From NCBI RefSeq assembly GCF_009901585.1, contig NZ_WXYO01000002.1:92769-156768 (forward strand): a DNA stretch of 64,000 nt, given 5' to 3'. Shown one piece after another: positions 10,083 through 20,116 of this stretch. A program made the position numbers and the translations under genes. The notes below the pieces were generated by a model. The model was not told the origin of the DNA, did no database searches, and saw only the letters and a list, made by a program, of their open reading frames with translations. The stretch's first letter is position 1; every line of letters starts with the position of its first letter. Origin of the DNA: Poritiphilus flavus. Lineage in GTDB: Bacteria > Bacteroidota > Bacteroidia > Flavobacteriales > Flavobacteriaceae.

Positions 10083-12506
10083 TTAACGATAAACATTTAT
10101 TGATCCCATTTGTCCATCAACGGTTACCGCACTAGCTTCAATCCTGAGTATGGAACTTTCCGAAAACTTTGGAACCTCAATAATGGCCTCCCCCTCTTCA
10201 TTGGTTTCCAGATCTGGACTCCAAAACAGTAGATTGGATTTTTCTTTACGTTTTTTTGAAAGCTTCCTGCGGTCTGGTTTAAAATCAACCAAAGGTTCAA
10301 ATCCTTTAAAACTCATCTGCCCTTTTCTTTTCGAGGAGGACTCCCGATCTTTTCCTGTCCTGGTATGTATACTGATTACTCCTCCGGCAGCTCTCGTTCC
10401 GTACATAGATGCTTCGGGTCCGGTTAGCAGTTCAATTCTTTCAATATCTATTGCGGAGACCAGGCCCATAATGCCGTTCAAGGAAGTTCTGACTGGTCCT
10501 CCCAGGCTTAAGCCTTGATCCTCTTGTGCCAGTGGAAATCCATCCAATACGAACAAAATGGGTCCGGAAGTAGATAGTAGCCTTACGGATGGGGCAAAAT
10601 CAAAATTTCCAAAGACCATTACCCCAGGGATCTCAGAGATCATTTGTGCTATAGATCTCGGTCTTTTTGGGTTCTGGTAAGTAATTCTACTTTTAATGAC
10701 CTCAACGCCATATACGGAGGGGGTATTCTTTCGTTCTTTAGGTTGATCTTTGTTTAATTCCACTTCCTGAAGCTCAATCAATTCATCGGTCTCACCAGTT
10801 TCCAATGCAATGTCATCGGTGCTTTTTGATTTAGCGGCTAGCTCAATACTTTCAGCGTATTCCGGTTCTTTCGCATCAGAAGAAGGACCTGATCCTGCTT
10901 CTTCTTTCTGCAGGTCTTTTGTGTTAATCAACTTAACACGCCTGGATTTGGATTCTTCGCCACTAGTTCTAAGAATTAAGTTTGCATCGCCATAAAACTG
11001 GAGTTCCTCCAGACTTAATAAGCCATCGGCATCAGTCTGAACCTCTTTTAGCCAAATCTCATCTTTGGTCTTAGCCATGATCTGGATTTTGGTGTTACCT
11101 AGCAAATTATTGTCCAGATCATACGCATAACCTTTAAGTTCCAATCCCTTTTGAATTTTATGCTTTAAAGTACTTCCTATTTGGTTTTCGCCTGGGGTAT
11201 TGTTTTCAGGAATTGCTTGGTGTAACTGTATTTCCAAGTCCTTTTGAAAACGTTCTTTTCTGTCTATAGAGCTGTTATCTTCATCTGTTAAACTTCTTCT
11301 TACTGCATGATCTTTGGCAAAATCAGTATGGTTCACGCTTACAGCAAGGGATGTTTTTACCGGAGCATTGGATTTGTCAGTCACCTTTATCTTGAAGGTA
11401 TTGGTATCTGAGCCTGAAGAAACAGGTTCTAAATGGATATTGAGTTTCCTGGTATCGATCCAAATAGGCCTTCTGGCCAATTCCGTTCCAGCCTCGTCCA
11501 TTAGTTTTAGTGTAAAAATTCCTGAGGGGAAATTCTTTTTTTGAAACTCGAGTTTCAAGGTCTTATTTTCCTTTAGATCCAATTGGCTCTCAAAATAATT
11601 TACGCCACCGGATTCCCCTACCAATTTGATATTGGATTTAGCGCTTTCCCGGGCAGCCGCGATCTCAATTTTAACTTTTTCCACATCCAAATTATTTACC
11701 TGAAGTAAATAACCCCGAGTTTCTGCATCTGGTATTTTGTGGACGGAACCGTCATCCAGTTGCAAATAGTATTTTCTATCTTTTTTAGGTTTAAGATCAG
11801 CAGACGCTATTCCGGGAGAGAAATTTTGTGCAGTTGCCACCTCACGGTTCATATCGTCCAATATTTTACTGGCTTTTGGATAACTCCTGGTATCTGAAGA
11901 TGGAAGCTGAATGATCAGTTTATTCTTAAACTCGCTCAAGATCGTTCCTCCTTCACTTACAATAGTGATGTTGGATGTATTGTCAGCCTTCAACTCATCA
12001 GATGTTGGATAACCCACAAAGATTTCCTGTTGCGCGATTAAATCTTCATCAAAGTTTTGCATCCAACGGGTATAGGCTTTGAGATTATATTTACCGGGAT
12101 GAATGTCTTTTGGCAGTTCCAAATATCCGTCTACCACCCCATTTATAATCTCATGGAACTGACTTTGAATTATATCTCCCTTGCTGTTTAGTAATTCCAC
12201 AATCAAAACAGTACTTAGACTGTACCTTTTTTGATCGACACCGGTAAGATGGTAACACTTAAAAAACAGATCCTTTGAGTTACCCAGATAGGGATTTGCG
12301 ATATGCAGGGTAGTTCTTTCCTTTAAATGTACTAAGGAATCAGATAGAATATTTTGAAAATTATCCATTGATTCTTTTCTGTCGATACTTGAATCAAGGC
12401 TTTGTCCTGAAACAACAATAAACAATAGCAAAAAGTTCAAAAGACAGACGCGTTTTAACACTGCGTTGCTTTTCTGGGTTATCGAATGGGTTGGGCCAAT
12501 ACTCAT
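10083..12506 (-). CDS. Large secreted protein with a C-terminal TonB-dependent-receptor Plug domain and no beta-barrel
   Basis: C-terminus 'IPGVMV…LFVLDGFPL…IERIELLTGPEASMYGTRAAGGVISIHT' is a Plug domain. ~650 aa N-terminal region of unknown fold. Confidence 0.55.
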   Translation of the reverse strand: MSIGPTHSITQKSNAVLKRVCLLNFLLLFIVVSGQSLDSSIDRKESMDNFQNILSDSLVHLKERTTLHIANPYLGNSKDLFFKCYHLTGVDQKRYSLSTVLIVELLNSKGDIIQSQFHEIINGVVDGYLELPKDIHPGKYNLKAYTRWMQNFDEDLIAQQEIFVGYPTSDELKADNTSNITIVSEGGTILSEFKNKLIIQLPSSDTRSYPKASKILDDMNREVATAQNFSPGIASADLKPKKDRKYYLQLDDGSVHKIPDAETRGYLLQVNNLDVEKVKIEIAAARESAKSNIKLVGESGGVNYFESQLDLKENKTLKLEFQKKNFPSGIFTLKLMDEAGTELARRPIWIDTRKLNIHLEPVSSGSDTNTFKIKVTDKSNAPVKTSLAVSVNHTDFAKDHAVRRSLTDEDNSSIDRKERFQKDLEIQLHQAIPENNTPGENQIGSTLKHKIQKGLELKGYAYDLDNNLLGNTKIQIMAKTKDEIWLKEVQTDADGLLSLEELQFYGDANLILRTSGEESKSRRVKLINTKDLQKEEAGSGPSSDAKEPEYAESIELAAKSKSTDDIALETGETDELIELQEVELNKDQPKERKNTPSVYGVEVIKSRITYQNPKRPRSIAQMISEIPGVMVFGNFDFAPSVRLLSTSGPILFVLDGFPLAQEDQGLSLGGPVRTSLNGIMGLVSAIDIERIELLTGPEASMYGTRAAGGVISIHTRTGKDRESSSKRKGQMSFKGFEPLVDFKPDRRKLSKKRKEKSNLLFWSPDLETNEEGEAIIEVPKFSESSILRIEASAVTVDGQMGSINVYR

Positions 12507-12661
12507 AGATAAGAAGTTTCCTATTTAAAGATAGGACTTTAAAAACTTATCTTAATTCACTTTAACAATCCTTAAAGGAATTTCAGATTCCCCTTAGCAG
12601 TGCATGAGCACTATCGGCATCTAAAGAGGAGTATTAACGAGCAGAGAACAGCTACTACAGC

Positions 12662-13030
12662 TTAAGAGGTTATAGATTCTTCATCGGGAATATTCTCTAT
12701 ACTGTAAAAGATCTTAAGCCCCAGTTTTTTGGCTACTTCAACATCCTGATCCGCACCTTTGGACACCCCTTCAATTCGCAAAACAGCATCGCATTTGGTC
12801 AATAATCTATGGGCCACAGGGTACTGGATTTCTGTGAATATTTCGTCACCCACCTCTTTTGAGCCCGCTAATTCAATCAATGGATTAGCCACCCATTCCC
12901 CTATCATGGGGATATGCCCTTTTCGGAACAACGGAAGCGCCATGGCTTCTAACTTGTCCATGTTTTTCTTGATTAATTTAGGATCATTCCCCGTGCCGCT
13001 ACGGTAAGGTCCGGCTATTAATATCATCAT
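12662..13030 (-). CDS. DUF4406 / nucleoside 2-deoxyribosyltransferase-like protein
   Basis: 'ILIAGPYRSG…CDAVLRIEG.SKGADQDVEVAKKLGLKIFY' pattern. Confidence 0.4.
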   Translation of the reverse strand: MMILIAGPYRSGTGNDPKLIKKNMDKLEAMALPLFRKGHIPMIGEWVANPLIELAGSKEVGDEIFTEIQYPVAHRLLTKCDAVLRIEGVSKGADQDVEVAKKLGLKIFYSIENIPDEESITS

Positions 13031-13086
13031 GTCCTTTGATTTTCTGTAAAGGACGGAAGAAGATGGCTAATAAAACTTAAGATAGT

Positions 13087-13668
13087 TTAAGTCGCTTCTT
13101 TTTTTCTTTTGAAACTGCTCAAGAACTCCGGGGTGATACCCAGATAAGAAGCCAGATCCTTTTGTGTTATCTTCTCGCTTATCAAAGGATATTTCTCAAC
13201 AAATCTGGTATATCTTTCTGCTCCGCTAAAGGTAATATTATCCAGGGCCCTTAGTTGTTCCCGGCAGTAAGCGTTTTGCATCAGGATTCTAAAGAACCTC
13301 TCAAATTTTGGAATTTCAATAAAAAGGTTTTGCAGCCTATTGTAGTCAAGGGACCAAAGCCTGCTATCTTCCAGGGCCTCGATATTCAGCAAGGCAGGTT
13401 TCTGGTTTATAAAACAGTACATATCGGTAATCCACCAATCTGCAATACCGAACATAATGGTAGATTCCTTACCCTCCTGGGTAGGATAAAAGGCCCTTAA
13501 ACTTCCGGATCGAATGAAATAAATATTCCGACAGCTATTCCCCTGTTCCAGCAGCATTTCTTTTTTGGCTATGGACCTTTCTCTAAGCTGACTGGTGAAA
13601 TACCTCTTTTCCGCTTCATTTAGCGCAATGTGTTTTTTGATATTTTTTAATATAAGTTCAAAGTCCAT
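13087..13668 (-). CDS. Crp/Fnr-family transcriptional regulator
   Basis: cNMP-binding beta-barrel plus C-terminal HTH 'QKDLASYLGITPEFLSSFKR'. Confidence 0.8.
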   Translation of the reverse strand: MDFELILKNIKKHIALNEAEKRYFTSQLRERSIAKKEMLLEQGNSCRNIYFIRSGSLRAFYPTQEGKESTIMFGIADWWITDMYCFINQKPALLNIEALEDSRLWSLDYNRLQNLFIEIPKFERFFRILMQNAYCREQLRALDNITFSGAERYTRFVEKYPLISEKITQKDLASYLGITPEFLSSFKRKKEAT

Positions 13669-13789
13669 CCTCTACCATGAAAATATCTAAGGTAATCATT
13701 TAGGTAGGAAAAGTACCTATTGTCCAAAGTCTACCGGGAATGTTTTGATTATTACCCAAAAGGATTTATTGCGATTGTTTGCTGTTAGC

Positions 13790-13846
13790 TTATTGCAGTC
13801 AAAACGGTTAATTTTAGGTTGGGGAGGGGATTGGGAAATCCCCCGG
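13790..13846. repeat. Dispersed copy of the ~62-bp double-hairpin module (family described in findings)
   Basis: ttgcagtcaaaacggttaattttaggttggggaggggattgggaaatccccc aligns to the 3' end of the 175-bp unit. Confidence 0.6.
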
Positions 13847-13993
13847 CTTTTGACCAATTAAATTCAGGTCTGTCCTTGAGACCTTGCCTCAACCTATTTG
13901 TCTCTCCTCTTTACACGGATTATAAGATATAGGGATTATATGAGAAGTATTGAATGGGTAGGATGATATTGGAATTCCATCTAACTTTAGGGC

Positions 13994-14800
13994 ATGATTC
14001 CACAACACATTGCTGAAAGAAAAGGGGCAAGAAGCCTGAAAGATCTGAGTCCGGAAGTGATTGAATATCTTAACGCCGGAAAAATAGAGACTAAAAACCT
14101 TATAGAATGGTTGGCAACAGACCAACTTGTTTTGCTAAGAACGGTTTTGGAGTCTGCCAAAAAGTTGGACTGGCACGATTCTTTCGCAGCGGCTGTCAAC
14201 GCTCAAAAAAAGCCTACCGCTAATAGCAACACCAAAATAATAGGTGAGACCTTCATTCAGCTTACCGACTCCAATTTTGTTAAAATGAATTTGTCAAATC
14301 ATCCAAGCGATATTGTTCGTTGCTGGAGCTGCTGGGCGGAAAGCTTATTTCAGAATTCAATAGAGAATTTGTTGAAAGCGATGAAACCTTACGCCGCCGA
14401 TGCCCATTTTGGAGTACGTGAAGTAGTTATTTTTGCTTCCAAAGAACGTCTAATCGTAGATTTAGACAAGGCCATGGCTATCTTATCGGGATGGATTTCT
14501 GACGAAGATGAAAATGTTCGGCGCTATGCCGTTGAAGCCTTACGCCCGGTGGGAGTATGGACCAAAAAGATCCTTGAATTTCAGGAAAATCCCGAAAAAG
14601 GGTTACACATTCTGGAACCCTTAAGATCGGATTCCTCCAAATATGTTCGGGATTCTGTGGGGAATTGGCTAAACGACGCCAGTAAATCAAAACCGGATTG
14701 GGTCCAGGCCGTATGCAGTAGATGGAAAGCAGAATCGGCTACTAAGGAAACGGCATATATTCTCAAAAGAGGGTTGCGGACAATTGAAAAAAATAAGTAG
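13994..14800 (+). CDS. DNA alkylation repair enzyme-like HEAT-repeat protein (AlkD-like)
   Basis: HEAT-like repeats 'NVRRYAVEALRP', 'KYVRDSVGNWLND'. Confidence 0.45.
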   Translation: MIPQHIAERKGARSLKDLSPEVIEYLNAGKIETKNLIEWLATDQLVLLRTVLESAKKLDWHDSFAAAVNAQKKPTANSNTKIIGETFIQLTDSNFVKMNLSNHPSDIVRCWSCWAESLFQNSIENLLKAMKPYAADAHFGVREVVIFASKERLIVDLDKAMAILSGWISDEDENVRRYAVEALRPVGVWTKKILEFQENPEKGLHILEPLRSDSSKYVRDSVGNWLNDASKSKPDWVQAVCSRWKAESATKETAYILKRGLRTIEKNK

Positions 14801-14829
14801 GCAAGAGGGATTGTTTAAGCCCTTACATG

Positions 14830-14883
14830 CTCTTTGCAGAGAATAGCGCTAAATTTTGAATGGGGAAGGATTCAGGAATCCCA
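14830..14883. repeat. Dispersed copy of the ~62-bp double-hairpin module
   Basis: tctttgcagagaatagcgctaaattttgaatggggaaggattcaggaatccc. Confidence 0.55.
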
Positions 14884-15270
14884 CTCATAACAGCATTTGT
14901 TATTAAGGCAGATTTTCTAATTCAGCTGGTCAATGAGCGAATATTTAGATAGTTTTTTTCACGAATTCCCGAATGATGTTTCCTTCATAAATAACTCTGG
15001 TTCAGCGGCATAAGAGTTTACACATATTTTTGCTACAACGGTTTTTAAACTTGAGGAAAGCTTCAAAAAAGCAAAAACTATCCTCATGAAATACGGGTAA
15101 CATGAGAAGTTGGTCTAAAAAGTTGTCCTAAATCCCCTGCTGAGATCGTCAATTTTATGAGATGAAATATTGACTGGCCAAGGGGTTGGTCCATAAAGCA
15201 GCCCCATTAAAGAAAATCTGAGTGGGCATAAATTCATTTATAGATTAACAGATATAAAATAACTAAACCA

Positions 15271-15750
15271 ATGAAAACCATTGTCACCCTTTTACTGATG
15301 GCCGTTGTGGGCATTCAAATCTGCAATTCACAAAGTTTTTTTGAAAAAGTCTCAAATCTAAAATGGAAAGGTGAGGGAGAACTTATGGGAAGTAAGGCAT
15401 CCTTTAAAATGGACTGGAAGCCTATTCTGGACGGTAAATTCTACCAACTAACATTTCAAAATCAACGCGAAGAATCCAAAGAATATGTTTTCAAGGCCAG
15501 GGGCATTTATCGAGTAGGGGAAAGCAATAATGTTAGCGGTAGCTGGTTCGATTCAAGAGGATATTCATTTCCTCTTAAAGGTGAAGTTTCAGAAGACGCA
15601 CTTATGGTGATCTGGGGTTCACCGGAACTTGAGCAAGGAAAAACCATTTACACGATTAAAGACGGTTCCACCATTTTTGTGGAGGACTATGTTTTAAAAG
15701 ATGGGGAATTCATAAAATTTGGAAACGCCGAGTACAAACCAAACAATTAG
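15271..15750 (+). CDS. Hypothetical secreted protein
   Basis: Signal peptide. No recognised domain. Confidence 0.4.
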   Translation: MKTIVTLLLMAVVGIQICNSQSFFEKVSNLKWKGEGELMGSKASFKMDWKPILDGKFYQLTFQNQREESKEYVFKARGIYRVGESNNVSGSWFDSRGYSFPLKGEVSEDALMVIWGSPELEQGKTIYTIKDGSTIFVEDYVLKDGEFIKFGNAEYKPNN

Positions 15751-15777
15751 GTTCAGGCATCGCAATGGGGAAGTGGT

Positions 15778-15840
15778 ATACTGCTGGCTTTTTACAGTGA
15801 GAAGCCTTAAATTAAAGCGGGGAGGGGAGTAGAACTCCCC
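15778..15840. repeat. Dispersed copy of the ~62-bp double-hairpin module
   Basis: actgctggctttttacagtgagaagccttaaattaaagcggggaggggagtagaactcccc, near-identical to the unit's 3' end. Confidence 0.75.
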
Positions 15841-15945
15841 AAACTATGTAGGCAAAAACAGTTTTGATGGTCTAACTAAGCCAAGCCCTGCTCAGCAGAC
15901 GAAGAATTACCTTTTCACCATAGGATCAATCCACCAAAAACCTAT

Positions 15946-16881
15946 CTATTCATCCCCGGTCTTTGGCGTTGGTGGCATGCTATGGTTTATCATCTGACGA
16001 TAGATCTCTACTTTCCCGTCATCTCTCCTCCTGTATAGAGATAAACCCTTACCTCTTATGAAATTAGGCTTGTCTTCATAGGTCCACGCTACATAGTATT
16101 CCCCAAATTTTAAAGCATAATCGCCAAGTTCTACGACTTTGATTGCCCATGTCGCCAAAGAATCCCTTGTAACTAAAGGGTTGTAATGAGCATGGAAATA
16201 GTCGGAGATCCTATCTTTTCCAATAAAAGGTGGATCGTAATAGGTCATGTAAATGGCGTCTTCTGAATAAGATTTCAGTTGCTTCGCCGCATCTCCTGTT
16301 AAAACAGCCTGATATACGTATTTTCGAACATTTTCAATATCCCTTTCCCATTGCGTTTTGGGTATTAAACGATCCGTATCTAAGGTTGCTATCTCAACAA
16401 ATTGCAGATTTTCGGCTTCAAAATAATGCGAAGCGCCCCAAATATGGGCTACTATTTTTGGGGTTTTATCATCAATAAGCTTCCAATAAGTAAGGTATTT
16501 TCCATTATAATCGAAAATGACGTTGTTAGGTGTTCTATACTTATGCTCAAAAGTGCCCAATTCTATATACAAATGCCCTATTCGTTGCACTTCAAAGGCG
16601 TCTTTCGTATAAGAAATGGTTGCGGATTGTTTAAAGAAATCATCATAGTAGCTTGAAATGCGAGGAAGTCCGCTTAATGTCTTATGATATTCAGGCAGGA
16701 TAAAGCTTTCATTATCGAAAACCTCATCAAGTAAGTCCAAATTCTCTCCCTCAATGGCTGCTGCGAGGGTCTGACTTTGATTTTTAATCAGTACCTCATC
16801 AGTTTTTTTAGTTTGTAAAGCAAATGCCTCAGCAACAAAGAACAAAGTCAGTACACTCTTAATAATATGCTTCATTTTCAT
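15946..16881 (-). CDS. Secreted protein with two NTF2-like (SnoaL/DUF4440-type) domains; paralog A
   Basis: Signal peptide. Clear paralogy to the next gene (EYxKTL.G….YY..F..…; GK..IYRxxxN). Confidence 0.45.
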   Translation of the reverse strand: MKMKHIIKSVLTLFFVAEAFALQTKKTDEVLIKNQSQTLAAAIEGENLDLLDEVFDNESFILPEYHKTLSGLPRISSYYDDFFKQSATISYTKDAFEVQRIGHLYIELGTFEHKYRTPNNVIFDYNGKYLTYWKLIDDKTPKIVAHIWGASHYFEAENLQFVEIATLDTDRLIPKTQWERDIENVRKYVYQAVLTGDAAKQLKSYSEDAIYMTYYDPPFIGKDRISDYFHAHYNPLVTRDSLATWAIKVVELGDYALKFGEYYVAWTYEDKPNFIRGKGLSLYRRRDDGKVEIYRQMINHSMPPTPKTGDE

Positions 16882-16884
16882 TGA

Positions 16885-18276
16885 TTATCTTTCTATTTGG
16901 TTATGCAATCCAATATGCCGGTAAATCTTAAGGGAGTTGTCTGGCTGTCGCTTCCAAAGTCGGATTCCCTTGCCTTCATTGGTGCCCGAATTTTCTTTGA
17001 AGCGCCAATCCACTTCAAATAGGGAATACTCCAATATGTGATCTTCCAAATAAACATATTCGTAAGGCAGGACCTTAATATGGTCAATTTCTACGTCCCC
17101 TTTGTGGTAATCCTTTAAGTATGGTTTCAGAACCTCAAGGCCTACTTTGGCTTTATCAGCAAAAGGGTAGAATATGGCATCTTCAGCATACAGATCAATT
17201 CGCATTTGAGCATCCCAATTTTTAATTGCTTTTTCCCCATAGGCGGCATAAGCTCTTAGCTCAAGATTGCCGTTATTCGCAGGAACAATACCTTTGTCTA
17301 CTACCACATATTCCTCCTGTGTTAATTCCCGGTGGTATCCCTGGGCATAAGCATAAAGCTTATAACCCCCTGTGGTTTCCTTCCAGATGCACCAAAACTT
17401 TCCATTTTGTTGAAAAGGCTCTTTTAGCCGGGGACTTTTGATCTTTTGGGAGAATAAACCTATCTCTATCTTGTAGCCCGGTAGCTCAATGACCTCTTCT
17501 ATCAAGGGGTTTAACGCCACAATCTTATATTCATCAAACACTTTTTCGTAGTAAGCCAATATCTGCTCATGCCCCTTCAGTGTCTTTTGATATTCCAGCA
17601 TAAATATCCCATTAGGATGGATGTAGTTTCTTAAATCGTCTTCATTTTGGTTTTTAAGGGCATCAAAAAAAACCTTGCGTTCCCTGTCCGTATTGAACCC
17701 TTGCCTTATTCTGTTGAAAGTACCTTCATAAAAAAGCCCGGTAGGTCTGTGGTTATTATCATATTGTATTGACCGCATATTATAGCTGTCTTTTGAGATC
17801 CAGCTGTAATGGTATATGCGATACGTATTGTTGGGTTCACCCTCGAACCGTATCTTAAGGGACAAATCCCCTTTTTCATCAAAAGTTCCCTGACCCACTC
17901 CCGCTCTTATGGTTCCAAAACTGGACAAATGAGAGACCTCCTTTGTATTGGGGTTGTACGACCAAAATATATGACCGTTTGGTTCCGGTCCATCAATGAT
18001 CGATAGTAAACTGTTTTGCGTGTTCAGCTGCCTGGAAACAGTATGGTGGTTAGCTATTCTGATGGTATCTGTCTTATCTCCCCAATTTTGAATCCACCTA
18101 TCGTCTTTTAGCGTCCACTCTCCCATAAATCTTGTGAAAGGGTTTTTAGAGATTTCTATGGAATCCATGAGTTGCTCGTGGGAAGGCTTTCCATTTAGTT
18201 CAAATTCTATAGCCGTTCTTTGCGCCAAAGCAACACCAAAGGACCAAAAACAAAAGATGAGTGTTAATGTCTTCAT
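16885..18276 (-). CDS. Secreted NTF2-like-domain protein; paralog B. Start taken at 'MKTLTLIF'
   Basis: Paralogous blocks shared with 15946..16881. Confidence 0.45.
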   Translation of the reverse strand: MKTLTLIFCFWSFGVALAQRTAIEFELNGKPSHEQLMDSIEISKNPFTRFMGEWTLKDDRWIQNWGDKTDTIRIANHHTVSRQLNTQNSLLSIIDGPEPNGHIFWSYNPNTKEVSHLSSFGTIRAGVGQGTFDEKGDLSLKIRFEGEPNNTYRIYHYSWISKDSYNMRSIQYDNNHRPTGLFYEGTFNRIRQGFNTDRERKVFFDALKNQNEDDLRNYIHPNGIFMLEYQKTLKGHEQILAYYEKVFDEYKIVALNPLIEEVIELPGYKIEIGLFSQKIKSPRLKEPFQQNGKFWCIWKETTGGYKLYAYAQGYHRELTQEEYVVVDKGIVPANNGNLELRAYAAYGEKAIKNWDAQMRIDLYAEDAIFYPFADKAKVGLEVLKPYLKDYHKGDVEIDHIKVLPYEYVYLEDHILEYSLFEVDWRFKENSGTNEGKGIRLWKRQPDNSLKIYRHIGLHNQIER

Positions 18277-18755
18277 TCTTGATAGGGTTGAATGATTTCG
18301 TGAATAGTGGCCCAACCTGTCGGACTTTCGTCTGAACGCTCAAGTATCAATAACGTCCGTCCCCTGAAAACGAAGGGTTCATCCCCGTTTTTTGGAATTA
18401 GTCTTAAGGCAAAAAGCATCTGTTTAATTACCAGGTCGTTTTTATAGATGAATTTTTCCGTGACTTTTTCATCCAGGAATTCCAGATCAAAGCTTTCCAT
18501 AGTAGACTTTAAGCCGCTTAATACTTCTTCCCGACCTATTTGCAGATTGTTATACGCCAAAGCCTTGGTCACCTCAGGATGGTGGTATAATTTGATGGTC
18601 TCTAAATCTGCATTTTTAAATGCTTCCCTTACCGCCATCCCGGTCTCCGTAATTTGTCTTGAAACCTCTTCTTCTGTTGGCTTGTTGCTGGAACAACAGT
18701 AGAGTAAAAGTGTCAAGGGAATCGTTAAGATTGTTACATTCCGCCAGTATAATTT
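18273..18755 (-). CDS. Small secreted/lipoprotein NTF2-like (DUF4440-like) protein; paralog C. Start taken at 'MKLYWRN'
   Basis: Lipobox 'LYCCSS'. '…FVFRGRTLLILERSDESPTGWATIHE'. Confidence 0.45.
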   Translation of the reverse strand, partial: KLYWRNVTILTIPLTLLLYCCSSNKPTEEEVSRQITETGMAVREAFKNADLETIKLYHHPEVTKALAYNNLQIGREEVLSGLKSTMESFDLEFLDEKVTEKFIYKNDLVIKQMLFALRLIPKNGDEPFVFRGRTLLILERSDESPTGWATIHEIIQPYQE

Positions 18756-18966
18756 CATAGGCTTTTGTTTATTTTGACCAAAGGAAATGAAGTTCCGGGC
18801 CATGCGGAAATGTTATTGCCAAATGGAGCTGCCTGGTTGACAAGTTGAATGGTTTTCCGGATATCAGACAAAAAAAGCGGGTTTAAGATCTCGTATTGTA
18901 TTTCGTCATTTATTCGGTACACCTTGTCAATTCGATAGGCCCCAACTGTCAGGTCTCACCCGTTTT

Positions 18967-20112
18967 TTGACTAATTTTGTTCGAATGGTTCTCTCTAAAA
19001 CATTGAAATCCATAATCGCATTTATTAGCAGGTACAAATTGTATCATCTGGCATTTTGGTCTTTGTACCACTACTTCTGGTGGGCACTCATGAGTGGTAG
19101 CGCGGTTGAGGCGGTGCAGAATATCTTCTTTTCAGCATATTCTACAAAGTTTATTTTCTATGTGGTAATGCAGGCATTAGGGGTTTATTTTAATCTGTAT
19201 TTCTTAATCCCGCGGTTTTTACAGAAAGGGAACTATTTGGTTTACATCCCGATGTTATTACTGACAGTGCTTACTACTTCAGCCGGGATTATTGGGGGTT
19301 ATTATGTCAATGCTGCCGTGGTGGGCCTCCCTTTTGAAGAGCTTTTTAAGATAGCACCTACAGAGTTCTTTACTTTATTCAAAAGCAACGCGCTACCATC
19401 AACCCTGGCAAGTATGACCCTGGCCATGAGTATTAAACTGACCAAGAACTGGATGGCCTCTGAAAAGCGCAGAAATACCATTGAAAAGGAAAAACTGCAA
19501 ACCGAACTTAAATTTTTGCGTTCCCAGTTCAATCCTCATTTCTTGTTCAATACCATTAATTCCATTTTTGTGCTGATACATAAGGACCAGGATAAAGCCT
19601 CAAACTCTTTGGCAAAATTCTCTGAATTGCTTCGATATCAATTGTATCAATGCAACGAACCTTTTATTCCTCTGGAACAGGAATTGGATTATCTAGTCAA
19701 TTTTATTGAACTGGAAAAGCTAAGGCAAGAGTCGGAGCTTTTGGAATTAAATGTTGATCTGGACAAAACAACTTCCCTCACTTTGGAAATCGCCCCTTTT
19801 CTAATGATACCTTTTGTGGAAAACGCTTTTAAGCATGTTTCGTATCATAAAAACGCTAAAAATTGGATTGATATCCAGTTACGACTAGAACAAAGCAACT
19901 TACAGCTAATGGTCTCTAATAGTAGGAATCCCCTTGTAGTTGAAAAGGAAAATGGAGTTAATGGGATAGGTTTGGCCAATGTAAAGCGCAGGCTGGAGTT
20001 ACTGTATCCGAACGCCCATAAGCTGGAGATCATTAAGGATAATCTGCAACACGCCATAAAACTAGATCTTAAACTACAACAGCTTGAAGTTGTAAAATCT
20101 CAAATAGCCTGA
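18967..20112 (+). CDS. LytS-type sensor histidine kinase (His_kinase PF06580 + HATPase_c) with membrane N-terminus
   Basis: 'FLRSQFNPHFLFNTINSI' is diagnostic of LytS/YehU-family kinases. Confidence 0.8.
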   Translation: MTNFVRMVLSKTLKSIIAFISRYKLYHLAFWSLYHYFWWALMSGSAVEAVQNIFFSAYSTKFIFYVVMQALGVYFNLYFLIPRFLQKGNYLVYIPMLLLTVLTTSAGIIGGYYVNAAVVGLPFEELFKIAPTEFFTLFKSNALPSTLASMTLAMSIKLTKNWMASEKRRNTIEKEKLQTELKFLRSQFNPHFLFNTINSIFVLIHKDQDKASNSLAKFSELLRYQLYQCNEPFIPLEQELDYLVNFIELEKLRQESELLELNVDLDKTTSLTLEIAPFLMIPFVENAFKHVSYHKNAKNWIDIQLRLEQSNLQLMVSNSRNPLVVEKENGVNGIGLANVKRRLELLYPNAHKLEIIKDNLQHAIKLDLKLQQLEVVKSQIA

Positions 20113-20116
20113 CAGA

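Noticed and set aside
12507-12661. Palindrome gtgcatgagcac and a ggaatttcagattcccc hairpin in the intergenic region
   Set aside because: It might be a diverged copy of the hairpin module, but similarity is limited to a generic GGAAT/ATTCC stem, so it is not counted as a family member.
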